DNA of 62,619 nt, the filler included. It is 5 parts of 5 records of this genome, joined end to end, with 100 filler letters (N's around TTAATTAATTAA, not from the genome) between each part and the next. Parts side by side here need not be neighbours in the genome. Positions count along the whole stretch, not along the records: positions 1 to 12,098 come from DRR723986_4089; positions 12,199 to 40,211 come from DRR723986_4094; 3 more parts are not named here. One strand, 5' to 3'. Under the pieces are notes generated by a model that searched no databases, had not been told where the DNA came from, and was given only the letters and a program-made list of their open reading frames with translations. Positions within the stretch are counted from its first letter, which is position 1, and each line of letters opens with the position of its first letter. Below are positions 10,548-20,809 of this stretch, in pieces. The position numbers were made by a program, and so were the translations under genes.

Positions 10548-11719
10548 CCCGCCCAGCGGGCTGCGTGTTGCCCGGCCCATCGGCCTGTCGCAAGGCAGGC
10601 CGAGATCAGGTAACCCCCTGTTGGCGCTTCCCAATCCAGCATTTCACCAGCGGCAAACACCCCCGGCAACGCTTTGATCATCAGCCCCTCGTCCAATGCC
10701 TCAAAAGGCAGTCCGCCTGCGGTCGAGATTGCCTCATCCATCGGGCGCAGACCCGCGTTTTGCACGGGCACCGCCTTGAGCAATCGGGCCGTTGCCCGCA
10801 AGCCATCGGGCAGGGGCCGCGCCATTTCCTGCAACAATGCGATCTGCGCTTGGGTCAGCTTGACGGTTTTGCGCAGATGATTGGCAAGGCTTGCCTTGCC
10901 GCGCGGTTTCGACAGTTTTGCGGTGATCTCGGCCACGGACATGTTCGGCAAAAGATCCAGCACCAAAGGATGCCACTCGCGCACGCCGCGCGAAATTGAA
11001 TAGATCCCGCCACCCTCGAGCCCTTGCGCCGACAGCACGGCTTCCCCGCGCGACGTATAGGGGCCAGCCGTCCATTTCACGCCTTTGATCGCCGCGCCGA
11101 AATGCTTGCCCATATGCGCGGACCAATTGATCAAGACACCCGCATTTGCAGGGGCGAAGGCCGCCAGAGGGACATCTTTGCCGCCAAGGATATCAGCCCA
11201 AGCACCGTCTGATCCCAGCCGCGCCCAGCTTGCACCGCCCAGCGCCAGAACCGTCACATCAGCAGCCAGCGATTGCGGTCCATCCGGTGTGTCAAAGGCC
11301 AGATCCTTGCCCTGCCATCCCTGCCAGCGCCAGCGGGTGCTGGTCTGCACCCCCGCCGCCGCAAGACGGGTCATCCATGCCCGCAACAATGGCGAGGCCT
11401 TCATCGCAACCGGAAAAACCCGCCCCGTGCTGCCAGTGAACACCTCTTGATCCAAACCCCTGGCCCAGGCCTGCACCGCATCCGCATCAAAGGCGTCAAT
11501 CATCGGGGTAAGCGGCTTGCGAGCCTCAGCAAAGGCCGCACGAAAACTGCTGCCTGCCTCGTCTTTGGTCAGGTTAAGGCCGGATTTGCCCGCCATCAGA
11601 AACTTGCGCCCGACCGATGGCTTGGCCTCACAGACAGTCACAGCCAAACCGGCCCCGGCCAGCACCTCTGCCGCCATCAGTCCCGCAGGGCCTGCGCCGA
11701 TCACCACCGCCTGTTTCAT
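10544..11719 (-). CDS. BaiN/HI0933-like flavoprotein (TIGR03862 type)
   Basis: GAGPAG, GRKFLMAGKSGLNLT, AISTAGG, GEMLDWEAPTGGYL. Confidence 0.9.
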   Translation of the reverse strand: MKQAVVIGAGPAGLMAAEVLAGAGLAVTVCEAKPSVGRKFLMAGKSGLNLTKDEAGSSFRAAFAEARKPLTPMIDAFDADAVQAWARGLDQEVFTGSTGRVFPVAMKASPLLRAWMTRLAAAGVQTSTRWRWQGWQGKDLAFDTPDGPQSLAADVTVLALGGASWARLGSDGAWADILGGKDVPLAAFAPANAGVLINWSAHMGKHFGAAIKGVKWTAGPYTSRGEAVLSAQGLEGGGIYSISRGVREWHPLVLDLLPNMSVAEITAKLSKPRGKASLANHLRKTVKLTQAQIALLQEMARPLPDGLRATARLLKAVPVQNAGLRPMDEAISTAGGLPFEALDEGLMIKALPGVFAAGEMLDWEAPTGGYLISACLATGRWAGQHAARWAG

Positions 11720-12098
11720 GATTTCAGCTCCGGCATCGGGCCTTTGATCTCCACCACGCGCTGCGGATAGGGGATCTCCACTCCGGCTTCCTTCAGCGCA
11801 TTCCAGATCAGGAACAAAACATCCGAGGTGTATTTGTTCGGTCCGTCATCCAGGCCGTTCACCCAAAACTCCACCGCAAAATCAATGCCGCTGTCACCAA
11901 ATCCGCGCAGTTCGCAATCGGGCGGGTATGGCGCGTCCAGCACTTCGGGATGTTTGGACACCGCCGCCTCGATCAACGGCGGGATCAGATTGATGTCGGT
12001 GTCATAGCTGACGGAAAACGGCGCCTCATACCGGTTGGCCGATCCGCTGTCGGAAAAGTTGGTGACGCGGGTGGTGATGAAATCTTCGTTCGGAACCA
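11716..12098 (-). CDS. MscS-family mechanosensitive channel, C-terminal part (5' end lost at contig end)
   Basis: VPNEDFITTRVTNFS...FGDSGIDF...GVEIPYPQR. Confidence 0.88.
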
Positions 12099-12198
12099 NN
12101 NNNNNNNNNNNNNNNNNNNNNNNNNNNNNNNNNNNNNNNNNNTTAATTAATTAANNNNNNNNNNNNNNNNNNNNNNNNNNNNNNNNNNNNNNNNNNNN
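12099..12198. other. Artificial contig spacer
   Basis: 44 N + TTAATTAATTAA (stops in all six frames) + 44 N. Confidence 0.99.
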
Positions 12199-12210
12199 CC
12201 CCCCCCCCCC

Positions 12211-12237
12211 GGCGGGTGCGCCGCAGGCGCGCCCGCC
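12211..12237. repeat. GC-rich REP-like hairpin at contig start
   Basis: GGCGGGTGCGCC-GCA-GGCGCGCCCGCC inverted repeat after a poly-C run, downstream of gcvPB-like gene. Confidence 0.45.
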
Positions 12238-12301
12238 CCCGGGCGACCCGCGTCAGCGGGGCGCAATCACAGAACCGACCCGGACTGCGTGGGCGCAACC
12301 G

Positions 12302-13846
12302 CTACTCCGCCGCCATAGCCTCCAAGTGCTTGCGCGCGTAGGCCCTCCATGTGGTCGCCCAGACCGCCGGATCGTCCAGCGCCGATGTCAGCCCGGCGAT
12401 CGGCGCGTTGTGCGGCGCGGTCTTGACGATCTCCGCATCCGCATAGGCCTCGCCGATCACGTGCTCCAGTACGTCGATCCAGTAGTCGATGTCCTCCTTC
12501 GACCACAGTTCTCCGGCCTCGGGCGTGAAGGGTTCGGCCACCAGCCAGGGCTCATGGCTCAGCCACAGCGCGTCGATGCCGAAATCGGTCATCCGCTGCG
12601 AGATCTCGAAGACCGAGCAGCCGGTATCCGCCGTCACCTGCTCGACCGAATGGCGGGTCATCTCCATGCGCGGCACGTCCACGCCGGGGTTCGAGCGGCT
12701 CACGCCCTTCACCTGCCCCAGCCGCCAGTCCATGTAGTTGTTCGACAGGACCGAGATATCCGCCGCCTCGCGCAGCCCCTCGGCGCCCATGGCCCGGGCC
12801 CAGGCATAGGCCTTCATCACCTGCGGCGCGTTGCCCCAGAACTCGCGCACCCGGCCGATCCCCTGCGGGCGGTCGTCGTCGAGCGCATAGCCGTCCGCGG
12901 TCTTCACCACCACCGGACCGGGCAGGAAGGGCACCAGATGTTCGGCGCAGCCATAAGCCCCGACGGCAGGCCCGCCGCCGCCCTTGGGCGCGCCGAAGGT
13001 CTTGTGCAGCATGTACATGCAGGCATCGAAGCCCAGCTCGCGCGCGCGAAGCCGCGTCATCACCCCGTTGAAATTCGCATGGTCGTAGAAGCACAGCCCC
13101 CCCGCCTCGTGCACGATCCGCACCCACTCCTTTATGTCGGGGTTGTAGATGCCCATGTCGTCGGGATTGTTCACCATCAGCGCCGCCGTGCGCGGCCCGA
13201 CCACCGATTTCAGCTGCTCCAACGAGGGATAGCCCCCCTCTTCCAGCGAGAGCGTGATGACCTCGAACCCGGCGGTGTTCGCCGTGGCGGGCGAACAGGG
13301 GTGCGTCTGGATCGTGGTGATGATCTGGTCGCGCTGCTGCAACTCGCCGCGGCTGGCATGATAGGCCCGCGTCACGCAGGCATGGGTATAGGCCGCATCC
13401 GCGCCGCCCCCTGCCTGAAAGACGAACTGGTCCATGCCGCTGACCTCGCAGAGGAAGTCGCTGAAGTTGTCGTAAAGCTCCAGCACGCCCTGCAGCGTCT
13501 CCGCCTCCTGCAACGGATGCAGGCCCTTGAGATGCGCCAGCGTCTCGCGCTCTCCGATCCGGGGGTTGTACTTCATCGTGCAGGTGCCGAACAAAGAGAC
13601 CCCCGTCATCCCCAGGCACATCTGGCTGAGGTGCAGGTAGTGCCGCAGCGTGTCATGCTCGGTCAGTTCGGGCAGCGCGGGCGCCACCTTGCGCGCGGCC
13701 TTTCCGGGCAGCGCGGGCGCCGGGGCGTCTTCGAAGACCACGCCCCGCCGGCCAGAGCCGGTCATCTCCATCACCACCGGCTCGGACCATTTCGCGGCGC
13801 GGAACCCGTTGGAACGCTTCAGGTAATCCTTGATGGGCGCGGTCAT
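12302..13846 (-). CDS. gcvPB: Glycine dehydrogenase (decarboxylating) subunit 2-like, divergent
   Basis: GTCTMKYNP, HPLQ..QGVLE, YDHANFNG, PLP-lysine motif LHKTFGAPKGGGGP. Confidence 0.88.
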   Translation of the reverse strand: MTAPIKDYLKRSNGFRAAKWSEPVVMEMTGSGRRGVVFEDAPAPALPGKAARKVAPALPELTEHDTLRHYLHLSQMCLGMTGVSLFGTCTMKYNPRIGERETLAHLKGLHPLQEAETLQGVLELYDNFSDFLCEVSGMDQFVFQAGGGADAAYTHACVTRAYHASRGELQQRDQIITTIQTHPCSPATANTAGFEVITLSLEEGGYPSLEQLKSVVGPRTAALMVNNPDDMGIYNPDIKEWVRIVHEAGGLCFYDHANFNGVMTRLRARELGFDACMYMLHKTFGAPKGGGGPAVGAYGCAEHLVPFLPGPVVVKTADGYALDDDRPQGIGRVREFWGNAPQVMKAYAWARAMGAEGLREAADISVLSNNYMDWRLGQVKGVSRSNPGVDVPRMEMTRHSVEQVTADTGCSVFEISQRMTDFGIDALWLSHEPWLVAEPFTPEAGELWSKEDIDYWIDVLEHVIGEAYADAEIVKTAPHNAPIAGLTSALDDPAVWATTWRAYARKHLEAMAAE

Positions 13847-15222
13847 GCCATTGCTTCCTTCACGGCTGCCACAAGGGCGGCGATATCGTCATGGGTATGC
13901 ACCTCGGTCACGCAGAACAGGGCGGCGTTGCCCGCGATGCCCGGCTCTCCGGTCAGGTCCTTGCCGCCAAGGATGCCCTTGGCCCGCAGGCTCGCGTTGA
14001 CCTCGGCCACCGGCTTGTCGAAGACGGCGACGAACTCCTTGAACACGGGTTGCGACAGGTCCACGCGGACACCGTCCAGCGCGTCCAGACCCTCAGCCGC
14101 GAGACGCGCGCGCGCCATGATCAGGCGGCCCACCTCGGCAAAGCCCTCGGGGCCCATCGCCGCCATGTAGGCGGCATTGGCCAGCGACCACAGGTAGGTG
14201 GAATTCCCGGTCCAGTCCTTGCCCTCGTCGCGCATCCCGTAGGACGACTGGTGGAACAGCGTCAGGCCAAAGCCGAATTCCCCCGGCTCCCGCGTTTCGG
14301 AGATCGAGATGTTGAGCGTGTTGTATTCGCGCGCATAGCGCTCCTCGTCGGGAGAGGCGATGAAGCCGCCGACCCCGCCGCCGGCGTACATATGCACGCC
14401 CAAAGGCTGCGTCGGCCCCACGGCGATGGTCGCCCCATAGGCACCCGGCGCCTCCAGCAGGCCCAGCGACAGCGGGTCCACGCCCACGATCGCCTCGGCC
14501 CCGGCGGCCTTCGCCATGGCGCAGAGCGCACCGGGGTCGCCGTCGATCACCCCAAGATAGCCCGGCGTCTCGAAGTACAGCGCCGCCGCGCCCTCCAGCT
14601 TGGCCTTGAGGTCGGCGTGGTCGATGCAGCCATCCACGCCGACGGCGACCGTCACGATCTCGATATGCCGCGCCATCTCGGAGGGCTCGCAATAGGTCTC
14701 CAGCACCATCCGCCGCTCGGGGTCCATGACCGCCGGCACGACGACCTTCCGCCGCCTCGTCATCCGCGAGGCCATGCGCACCGCATGGCCCACCGCGCAG
14801 CCCCACGAGTAGACCGGCAGCCCGACGAAATCCATCTCGACCAAGGCGCCGATCTGGCTGGTGAACTCGAACCACGCCTGATTGCGCCCATGGTCCGAGG
14901 TCGGAGAGCCGAAGACGGAGGTCTGCCACTCGTACCGCCCCACGACCTCGTCACAGATCGCGGGCACGTAATGCGGCCATGCGCCCGCGCCCCGGAAACA
15001 GCGGCCTTGCGAGAACACCGTGTTCTTCGCCATCAGGTCGCCCAGATGCCGCGACAACGCCACCTCCGACGCCAGTTGCGGCGGCAGGTCGAGCGGACGC
15101 GCCATCCGGTGCCCCTCGGGGATCTGCGCGAACAGCTCCTCCACGTCCTTCACCCCCAGCGCGGCCAGCATCTCTGCCTTGGCCGTGCCGCCGGAATTCG
15201 CCATCCACGGATGCGCCTTCAT
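13843..15222 (-). CDS. gcvPA: Glycine dehydrogenase (decarboxylating) subunit 1-like, divergent
   Basis: EMLAALGV..VEELFAQIP, FRGAGAWPHYVP, DPLSLGLLEAPGAYGA, FCVTEVHT; 4-bp overlap with gcvPB-like gene. Confidence 0.85.
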   Translation of the reverse strand: MKAHPWMANSGGTAKAEMLAALGVKDVEELFAQIPEGHRMARPLDLPPQLASEVALSRHLGDLMAKNTVFSQGRCFRGAGAWPHYVPAICDEVVGRYEWQTSVFGSPTSDHGRNQAWFEFTSQIGALVEMDFVGLPVYSWGCAVGHAVRMASRMTRRRKVVVPAVMDPERRMVLETYCEPSEMARHIEIVTVAVGVDGCIDHADLKAKLEGAAALYFETPGYLGVIDGDPGALCAMAKAAGAEAIVGVDPLSLGLLEAPGAYGATIAVGPTQPLGVHMYAGGGVGGFIASPDEERYAREYNTLNISISETREPGEFGFGLTLFHQSSYGMRDEGKDWTGNSTYLWSLANAAYMAAMGPEGFAEVGRLIMARARLAAEGLDALDGVRVDLSQPVFKEFVAVFDKPVAEVNASLRAKGILGGKDLTGEPGIAGNAALFCVTEVHTHDDIAALVAAVKEAMA

Positions 15223-15237
15223 CTCTGTCTCCTTCGC

Positions 15238-16317
15238 TTACGCGACCACGCGCATCACCTGCCTGCGGCCCGGTCCGGTGATCACCGGCCAATAGCCCGC
15301 AAGCGCGGCATCCAGCGCCACGTCGCCCGTGTCGATCGTCAACTCCTGCGGGTTCAGCCCCGCAAGCTTTCCTGCGCCGCAGATCACGTCGATCGGCGGC
15401 ATCCCGGCGGCCCTCAGCACCGCCGGGGAAATCTGCTGGTTGCCGCGGCCCAGAACGAAGCCCTGCCCGCCCACGACGCCCAGAACCACGCGCACCCGCC
15501 GCCCCGAGACCCGCGCCAGAAGCGCCCGCTCGTCGAGATCCTCGGCCACGACAAGCCCCTCCTCGGCGACATCGACCCCCAGCAGGGTCCCGCCGCCCAG
15601 CCGCGCCTTCAGCGCCTTCATGGTGGCGCCGGGCCCCAGCACGTAGGTCACGCCCGGGTCCATCGCGGCCACGTAGCGCGCCAGCGCCGCATCAACCTCG
15701 GCCACGAAATCGCCGCTCCCGGCCTTGGGGTTCTGCCGCGCGCCGGCACCGTCGAAAGGCACCCGCGCCACGCAATAGAGCCGCGCCGAAAGCCGCCCCG
15801 CGCGCCGTGCCGCCTCGTCCAGATCCAGCACCTCGACCATCTCGACCCGCCGCCGGGGATCGGACAGAAAGGCCGCCGCCATCCGCCCGGCCCGCTCGGG
15901 CGAGCGTGCGAAGACGCCCGAATGCATCTTCACCCCCGAAGGGATGCCAAGGATCGGCAGGCCCGCCGTATTGGCGGCGCAGATGTCCCGCGCCGTGCCG
16001 TCGCCGCCCGCGAAAAGGATCAGATCGACCCGCCCCGCCATGGCCCGCACCGCCGCGGCCGTATCCTCTGCCGTCCCCGTCAAGCGCTCGGGACCGACCG
16101 CGACGACATCGCCGCCCGCGGGCAGAACCGGCCCGGCCAGCACCTCGGCGCCGCACTCCGCCCGAAAGGCAGCCAAAGCCCGCGCCGCCCGCGCGGGCGC
16201 CTGCCCCACGCGCCCCTCGGCGGCGGCCCGTGCCGCCAGCCCCGGCTCGTCGCTGCCCTTGCGGGCCAGCGCGCCACCCAGACCGGCCACCGGATTGACG
16301 ATCAGCCCCAACCGCAC
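15238..16317 (-). CDS. ATP-NAD kinase / AcoX-like family protein
   Basis: GLIVNPVAGLGG, GGDGT, GIPSGVKMHSGVFA, GQGFVLGRGNQQIS; GTG start at 16317 assumed. Confidence 0.85.
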   Translation of the reverse strand: MRLGLIVNPVAGLGGALARKGSDEPGLAARAAAEGRVGQAPARAARALAAFRAECGAEVLAGPVLPAGGDVVAVGPERLTGTAEDTAAAVRAMAGRVDLILFAGGDGTARDICAANTAGLPILGIPSGVKMHSGVFARSPERAGRMAAAFLSDPRRRVEMVEVLDLDEAARRAGRLSARLYCVARVPFDGAGARQNPKAGSGDFVAEVDAALARYVAAMDPGVTYVLGPGATMKALKARLGGGTLLGVDVAEEGLVVAEDLDERALLARVSGRRVRVVLGVVGGQGFVLGRGNQQISPAVLRAAGMPPIDVICGAGKLAGLNPQELTIDTGDVALDAALAGYWPVITGPGRRQVMRVVA

Positions 16318-16429
16318 GCTACCAAACTTTCCGTACTTTTGTTCGCATAATGAAACCTTGCCGAATCCCCATGGCCCGCGCAAGCAAAATCCGGCACTGC
16401 GCACCACCGGCCCAAAGGCCCGGCCCGCG

Positions 16430-16500
16430 CCCTGCTTCTTCTTGGGTCAAATACCGTGGGGGTGAGGCGCGCAGGCGCCGAGGGGGCAAAGCCCCCTGCC
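16430..16500. repeat. Short intergenic palindromic element
   Basis: CTTCTTCTTGGGTCAAATACC..GGGGGTGA..AGGGGGC-AAA-GCCCCCT; resembles, from recall, a dispersed Rhodobacteraceae element; one copy here. Confidence 0.4.
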
Positions 16501-16918
16501 CCGGCCCGAAACACCACTCGGACCGAAGCTTTCACGCGGATTCCCCGATCCTGTCCGCACCCGCGTGCTCTAGGGTTGGAACAGAACGACAGTGCGCTTG
16601 CCCGCGCTTCGAATTGACGTGGTTCTTCGCCTAAGCGTCGCACCATCCGATAAAGGACCGGCCAGACGCGGCGATCGTCGAAGGCGGTTTCGCGGACTCG
16701 AACGGCGACTAGGGAGGAGCGGTACGGCGCGGAAGCCCCGCGCCGTCGCATACGGCGATCCGGCGTTTCGTTGCCGGATCGCCGCTTGCGTGCCTACAGT
16801 GTAGGCGCCCGTGGCCCGCCGGGCCGCGCGCATGATCGCGCCCGGTCGCCGATGGCGGGAGCGGCGCGACGCTGCCCGCAGACCTGACCGTCAGGCCTTT
16901 CGCCGGCGCGACAGACGC

Positions 16919-17686
16919 TCAGCGTCCCATCCAGCCGCCATCGACGACGAGGATCTCGCCGTTGACGTAATCCGAGGCCGAGGAGGCGAGGAAAACCGCC
17001 GGTCCGGCGAAATCCTCAGGCCTGCCCCAGCGCCCGGCGGGGATGCGCTCGAGGATGGATTTCGACCGGTCCGGGTCGTCCTGCAGGGCCTGCGTGTTGT
17101 CGGTGGCGATATAGCCCGGCGCGATGGCGTTGACGTTCACGCCCTTGCCCGCCCATTCGTTGGCCAGAGCCTTCGTCAGCTGCCCGATGCCCCCCTTGGA
17201 GGCCGCATAGCCCGGCACGGTGATCCCGCCCTGAAAGGTCAGCAGCGAGGCGGTGAAGATGATCTTGCCGCCGCCGCGTTCCACCATGCCGCGCCCGATC
17301 TCGCGGCTCAGCACGAATTGCGCGGTAAGGTTGACCTCGATCACCTCGTCCCACCAGTCGTCGGGATGCTCGGCAGCGGGCTTGCGCTTGATGGTGCCGG
17401 CGTTGTTGATCAGGATATCGGGCTTGACGCCATCCGCCTCGAGCTGCGCGGCAAAGCCGCTCACCGCGGCGCGGTTCGAGAAATCGCACTGATAAGCCGT
17501 GAACCTGCGGCCCAAGGCCGTGACCGCCTGCTCCACCTCGGACCCGGGTGCCAGCGAGGCGCTGACCCCCACGATATCGGCCCCGGCCTGAGCCAGCGCC
17601 TCGGCCATGCCGCGGCCGATGCCGCGCTTGGCCCCGGTGACGACGGCGGTCTTGCCGCTCAGGTCGAAGGACTGAAGGACGCTCAT
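16919..17686 (-). CDS. kduD: KduD-like SDR; putative 2,5-diketo-3-deoxy-galactonate 5-reductase
   Basis: TGAKRGIG, NNAG, ASLLTFQGGITVPGYAASKGG, IAPGYIATDNT. Confidence 0.85.
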   Translation of the reverse strand: MSVLQSFDLSGKTAVVTGAKRGIGRGMAEALAQAGADIVGVSASLAPGSEVEQAVTALGRRFTAYQCDFSNRAAVSGFAAQLEADGVKPDILINNAGTIKRKPAAEHPDDWWDEVIEVNLTAQFVLSREIGRGMVERGGGKIIFTASLLTFQGGITVPGYAASKGGIGQLTKALANEWAGKGVNVNAIAPGYIATDNTQALQDDPDRSKSILERIPAGRWGRPEDFAGPAVFLASSASDYVNGEILVVDGGWMGR

Positions 17687-18717
17687 GCAAACTCTCCTAC
17701 CTTGATGAGGCTTTTCAACGCCGTCGGGCTGGCATCCAGCGCCTCGAAGGCCTTTTGGATATCGCCCAGCGGGCTGACATCGGTGATGACCGTGTCCGCC
17801 GCGATGGCGCCCCGGGCCACCAGCTCGATCGCCTTGTCGTAATCCTCGGGTTCATAGACCCGCGCGCCGATCAACTTCAACTCTCGCCAGAAGAACTGGA
17901 ACATGTCGACGACCGGCTTCTTCGCATGGATCGCGACCATGCAGATGCGCCCGCGCGTCGCCGCCACGGCGGTCATGGCATCGACGCCCGGTTGCGTGCC
18001 CGAGACCTCGAAGACCACGTCGGCCCCCTTGCCGCCGGTGCGGCCCTCGATCTCGGCCTTCAGATCGGCCTCCATCGGGTTGACCGTGTCGAAGCCCAGC
18101 GTCTGCGCGACCTTGAGGCGATGCGGATTGACCTCGGAGATCACCACCTTGCCGCCGGCCTCCCGCGCCACCATGGCGACCAGCACGCCGATGGGGCCGC
18201 CGCCGATGACGACGACATCCTCGCCAGCCTCAAGCCCCGACAGTCGCACATCATGGCAGGCGACGGCGACCGGCTCTATCAATGCCGCGTGGTCCAGCCG
18301 CATCCCCTCGGGCAGGGCGTGCAGGGTGAAGGCGGGCACGTTCCACAGCTGTTGCATGGCGCCATCGGTGTCCAGCCCGATGAATTTCAGGTTGTGGCTG
18401 ATGTGGTGATGGCCGGCTTCCGTCGCCGGGTTGGGAGCCCCGGGATCCAGCGGCCGGACCACGATGGCATCCCCCTCGGACCAGCCGTCCACACCCTCGC
18501 CCACGGCGGCGATCACGCCCGACATCTCATGGCCGAGGATGCGGTCGAACCCGACGCGGGCGTCCATGTTGCCGTGATAGGCGTGCAGGTCGGTGCCGCA
18601 GATGCCGCAATAGGCCACGCGGACCTGAACCTCGCCCCGTGCGGGGGGACGGGCCTCGATTTCCTTGACCTCGAAGGTCTTGTTCCCGCGGTAATAGGCG
18701 GCGGTGATGGTGCTCAT
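17683..18717 (-). CDS. Zn-dependent dehydrogenase; putative 2-keto-3-deoxy-L-galactonate 5-dehydrogenase
   Basis: [18 protein letters not shown]; lacks the structural-Zn cysteine cluster; lies between cycloisomerase and KduD-like genes. Confidence 0.8.
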   Translation of the reverse strand: MSTITAAYYRGNKTFEVKEIEARPPARGEVQVRVAYCGICGTDLHAYHGNMDARVGFDRILGHEMSGVIAAVGEGVDGWSEGDAIVVRPLDPGAPNPATEAGHHHISHNLKFIGLDTDGAMQQLWNVPAFTLHALPEGMRLDHAALIEPVAVACHDVRLSGLEAGEDVVVIGGGPIGVLVAMVAREAGGKVVISEVNPHRLKVAQTLGFDTVNPMEADLKAEIEGRTGGKGADVVFEVSGTQPGVDAMTAVAATRGRICMVAIHAKKPVVDMFQFFWRELKLIGARVYEPEDYDKAIELVARGAIAADTVITDVSPLGDIQKAFEALDASPTALKSLIKVGEFA

Positions 18718-19814
18718 GCGCTCTTGTCCTCATGTGCTGCATTCAGTTTGTCCCAGTCGAACTCCACCCCCGTGCCCGGGGTGTCGGGGGCCACGGCCCT
18801 GTGGTCCTCGACCACCAGCGGGCGGTGGGTGTAGGCATCGATCGGGAAGGAGTGGACCTCGATCCAGCCGGGGTTGGGTTGCGCAGAGACGAGGCTGACG
18901 TGCAATTCCTGCATCCCGTGGCTGCAGACCGGAAGTCCGTGCCTGCGGCTGAGTTCGGCCACCTGCAACCAGCCGGTGATGCCGCCGCAATTGCTGGCGT
19001 CGGGCTGGATGAAGGACAGCCGGGCATCCTCGAGGGCATACTCGAACTCATGGATCGTGTGCAGGTTCTCGCCCATGGCCAGCGGCATCCCCGTGGCCTC
19101 GGCAATCCGGCCATAGCCCTTGTAATCGTCCGGGATCGTCGGCTCTTCGAACCACGTCAGGTCGTAGGGTGCAAAGGCCCGCACGGCCTCGATCGCCTGC
19201 TCCACGCTCATGGCGTAGTTGGCATCGACCATGAAGGCCACGTCCGGTCCGATCAATTCGCGCACCGCCTCGATGCGGGCCACGTCCTCGGCCAGCGTGG
19301 GTTGGCCGATCTTGATCTTCACGCCGTCGAAGCCCCGCGCGAGGTAGCCCCGGATGCTGTCCAGAAGCTTGGGCAGCGGAAAGTTCAGGTCGATCCCCCC
19401 GGCATAGGCCCGGCAGCGGCGGTCCGTGCCGCCCGCCATCTTCCACAGCGGCTGGCCGCTGCGTTTGCCGCGCAGATCCCAGAGCGCGATATCCACCGCC
19501 GAGATCGCGAAGGAGGCGATGCCGCCCCGCGCGACGTAATGCACATGCCATTGCATCGCCTCGTACAGCGCCTCGACGTCCTCGGCATCGCGCCCCACGA
19601 GGAAAGGCGCCAGATCGTGGCGGATCATGGCCACGATCGCATGGCCGCCGCGCCCGCCGGTGTAGCTGTAGCCGGTGCCTTCGCTGCCGTCCTCCAGCGT
19701 CACCGTGGCGGTGATCAGCTCGAAATGCGTGTGGTCGCCGTGTTTGGCATCGCTCAGCACCTCGGCCAGCGGCACGTTGAACAGCCGCGCCTCGACCTTC
19801 GTTATCTTCGTCAT
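18714..19814 (-). CDS. Mandelate-racemase/enolase superfamily; putative 3,6-anhydro-L-galactonate cycloisomerase
   Basis: Real start MTKITK at 19814. KIK, DAN, WFEEP, GEN, QPD motifs; [28 protein letters not shown] and EVHSFPID match my recollection of Vibrio sp. EJY3 ACI. Confidence 0.85.
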   Translation of the reverse strand: MTKITKVEARLFNVPLAEVLSDAKHGDHTHFELITATVTLEDGSEGTGYSYTGGRGGHAIVAMIRHDLAPFLVGRDAEDVEALYEAMQWHVHYVARGGIASFAISAVDIALWDLRGKRSGQPLWKMAGGTDRRCRAYAGGIDLNFPLPKLLDSIRGYLARGFDGVKIKIGQPTLAEDVARIEAVRELIGPDVAFMVDANYAMSVEQAIEAVRAFAPYDLTWFEEPTIPDDYKGYGRIAEATGMPLAMGENLHTIHEFEYALEDARLSFIQPDASNCGGITGWLQVAELSRRHGLPVCSHGMQELHVSLVSAQPNPGWIEVHSFPIDAYTHRPLVVEDHRAVAPDTPGTGVEFDWDKLNAAHEDKSA

Positions 19815-20806
19815 TGCATGGCTCCCTTGGAACGGCTGGCCAGATGGCTTTGCAGAAGGATCACGGCGAAGAGGAACCCGCCCCGGATGACCATCTGCCA
19901 ATAGGCGCTCAGGCTGATGACGCCCCGCCCGTTTTCGAAGTTGAGGATGTTGAAGACCAGCCCCAATAGCAAGGCACCGGCGACCGTCGCGCCCACCGAG
20001 CCCATGCCGCCGGTCAGCAGCGTGCCGCCGACCACGACCGAGGCGATGGCCGAAAGCTCCCATCCCACGCCTTCCAGCGGCTGGCCCGCGCCGAAGCCCG
20101 AGGCCAGAAAGACCCCCGCCAGCCCGCCACACGCGCCGCTGAGCGCGTAGACGAAGACCTTGGCGCGGGTCACGTCCAGCCCCATCATGGTCGAGGCATC
20201 CTCTCCCCCGCCCACCGCCAGCACCGTGCGGCCCAGCGAGGTGCGCTCCAGCACGATCCAGAGCGCGACGACCACCACGGCGGTGATGACGATGGTCCAT
20301 GGCAGGAGGCCGAAGGCCTTCTCCATCCCCAGCCTGGTGAAGTTGGAGCCCCAGTCGATGGAGATCGTCTGCGCCCCCGAAATGACCAGAGCCCCGCCCT
20401 TGGCCCCCAGCATGGTGGCCAGCGTGGCGATGAAGGGCGGGATGCGCATGGCGACGACGAAAAGCGCGTTCAGGCCCCCGATCGCCAGCCCTGCCAGCAC
20501 CGCGCCGGGCAGTGCCACCTGAATGCCGTAGGGCGAGAGGTAGGCCGCGATGACAGAGGTGAAGGCCGCGACCGACCCGACCGAAAGGTCGATGCCGCCG
20601 GTCAGGATGACGAAGCACATGCCGACCGAGATCACGATGAACATCGCGTTGTAGTTCAGGAAGGACGAGATGTTGTAGGCGCCGCCGAAGTTCTCGTAGC
20701 GCATCAGCCCGAAGAGGATCATCGCGACCAGCGCCACCCAGACCCCGAAGGAATGCCCGCCGCCGCGCAGGTAGCGCCGCAGGTCCAAAGCCGTTGTGTC
20801 CAGCAT
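19811..20806 (-). CDS. Sugar ABC transporter permease (YjfF-like)
   Basis: [31 protein letters not shown]. Confidence 0.92.
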   Translation of the reverse strand: MLDTTALDLRRYLRGGGHSFGVWVALVAMILFGLMRYENFGGAYNISSFLNYNAMFIVISVGMCFVILTGGIDLSVGSVAAFTSVIAAYLSPYGIQVALPGAVLAGLAIGGLNALFVVAMRIPPFIATLATMLGAKGGALVISGAQTISIDWGSNFTRLGMEKAFGLLPWTIVITAVVVVALWIVLERTSLGRTVLAVGGGEDASTMMGLDVTRAKVFVYALSGACGGLAGVFLASGFGAGQPLEGVGWELSAIASVVVGGTLLTGGMGSVGATVAGALLLGLVFNILNFENGRGVISLSAYWQMVIRGGFLFAVILLQSHLASRSKGAMQ

Positions 20807-20809
20807 GTC

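Noticed and set aside
12143-12154. TTAATTAATTAA recurring four times
   Set aside because: Synthetic six-frame stop linker inside N runs, not a biological repeat or CRISPR
16500-16918. Possible IS remnant left of the AHG cluster
   Set aside because: No transposase motif or terminal inverted repeat that I can support
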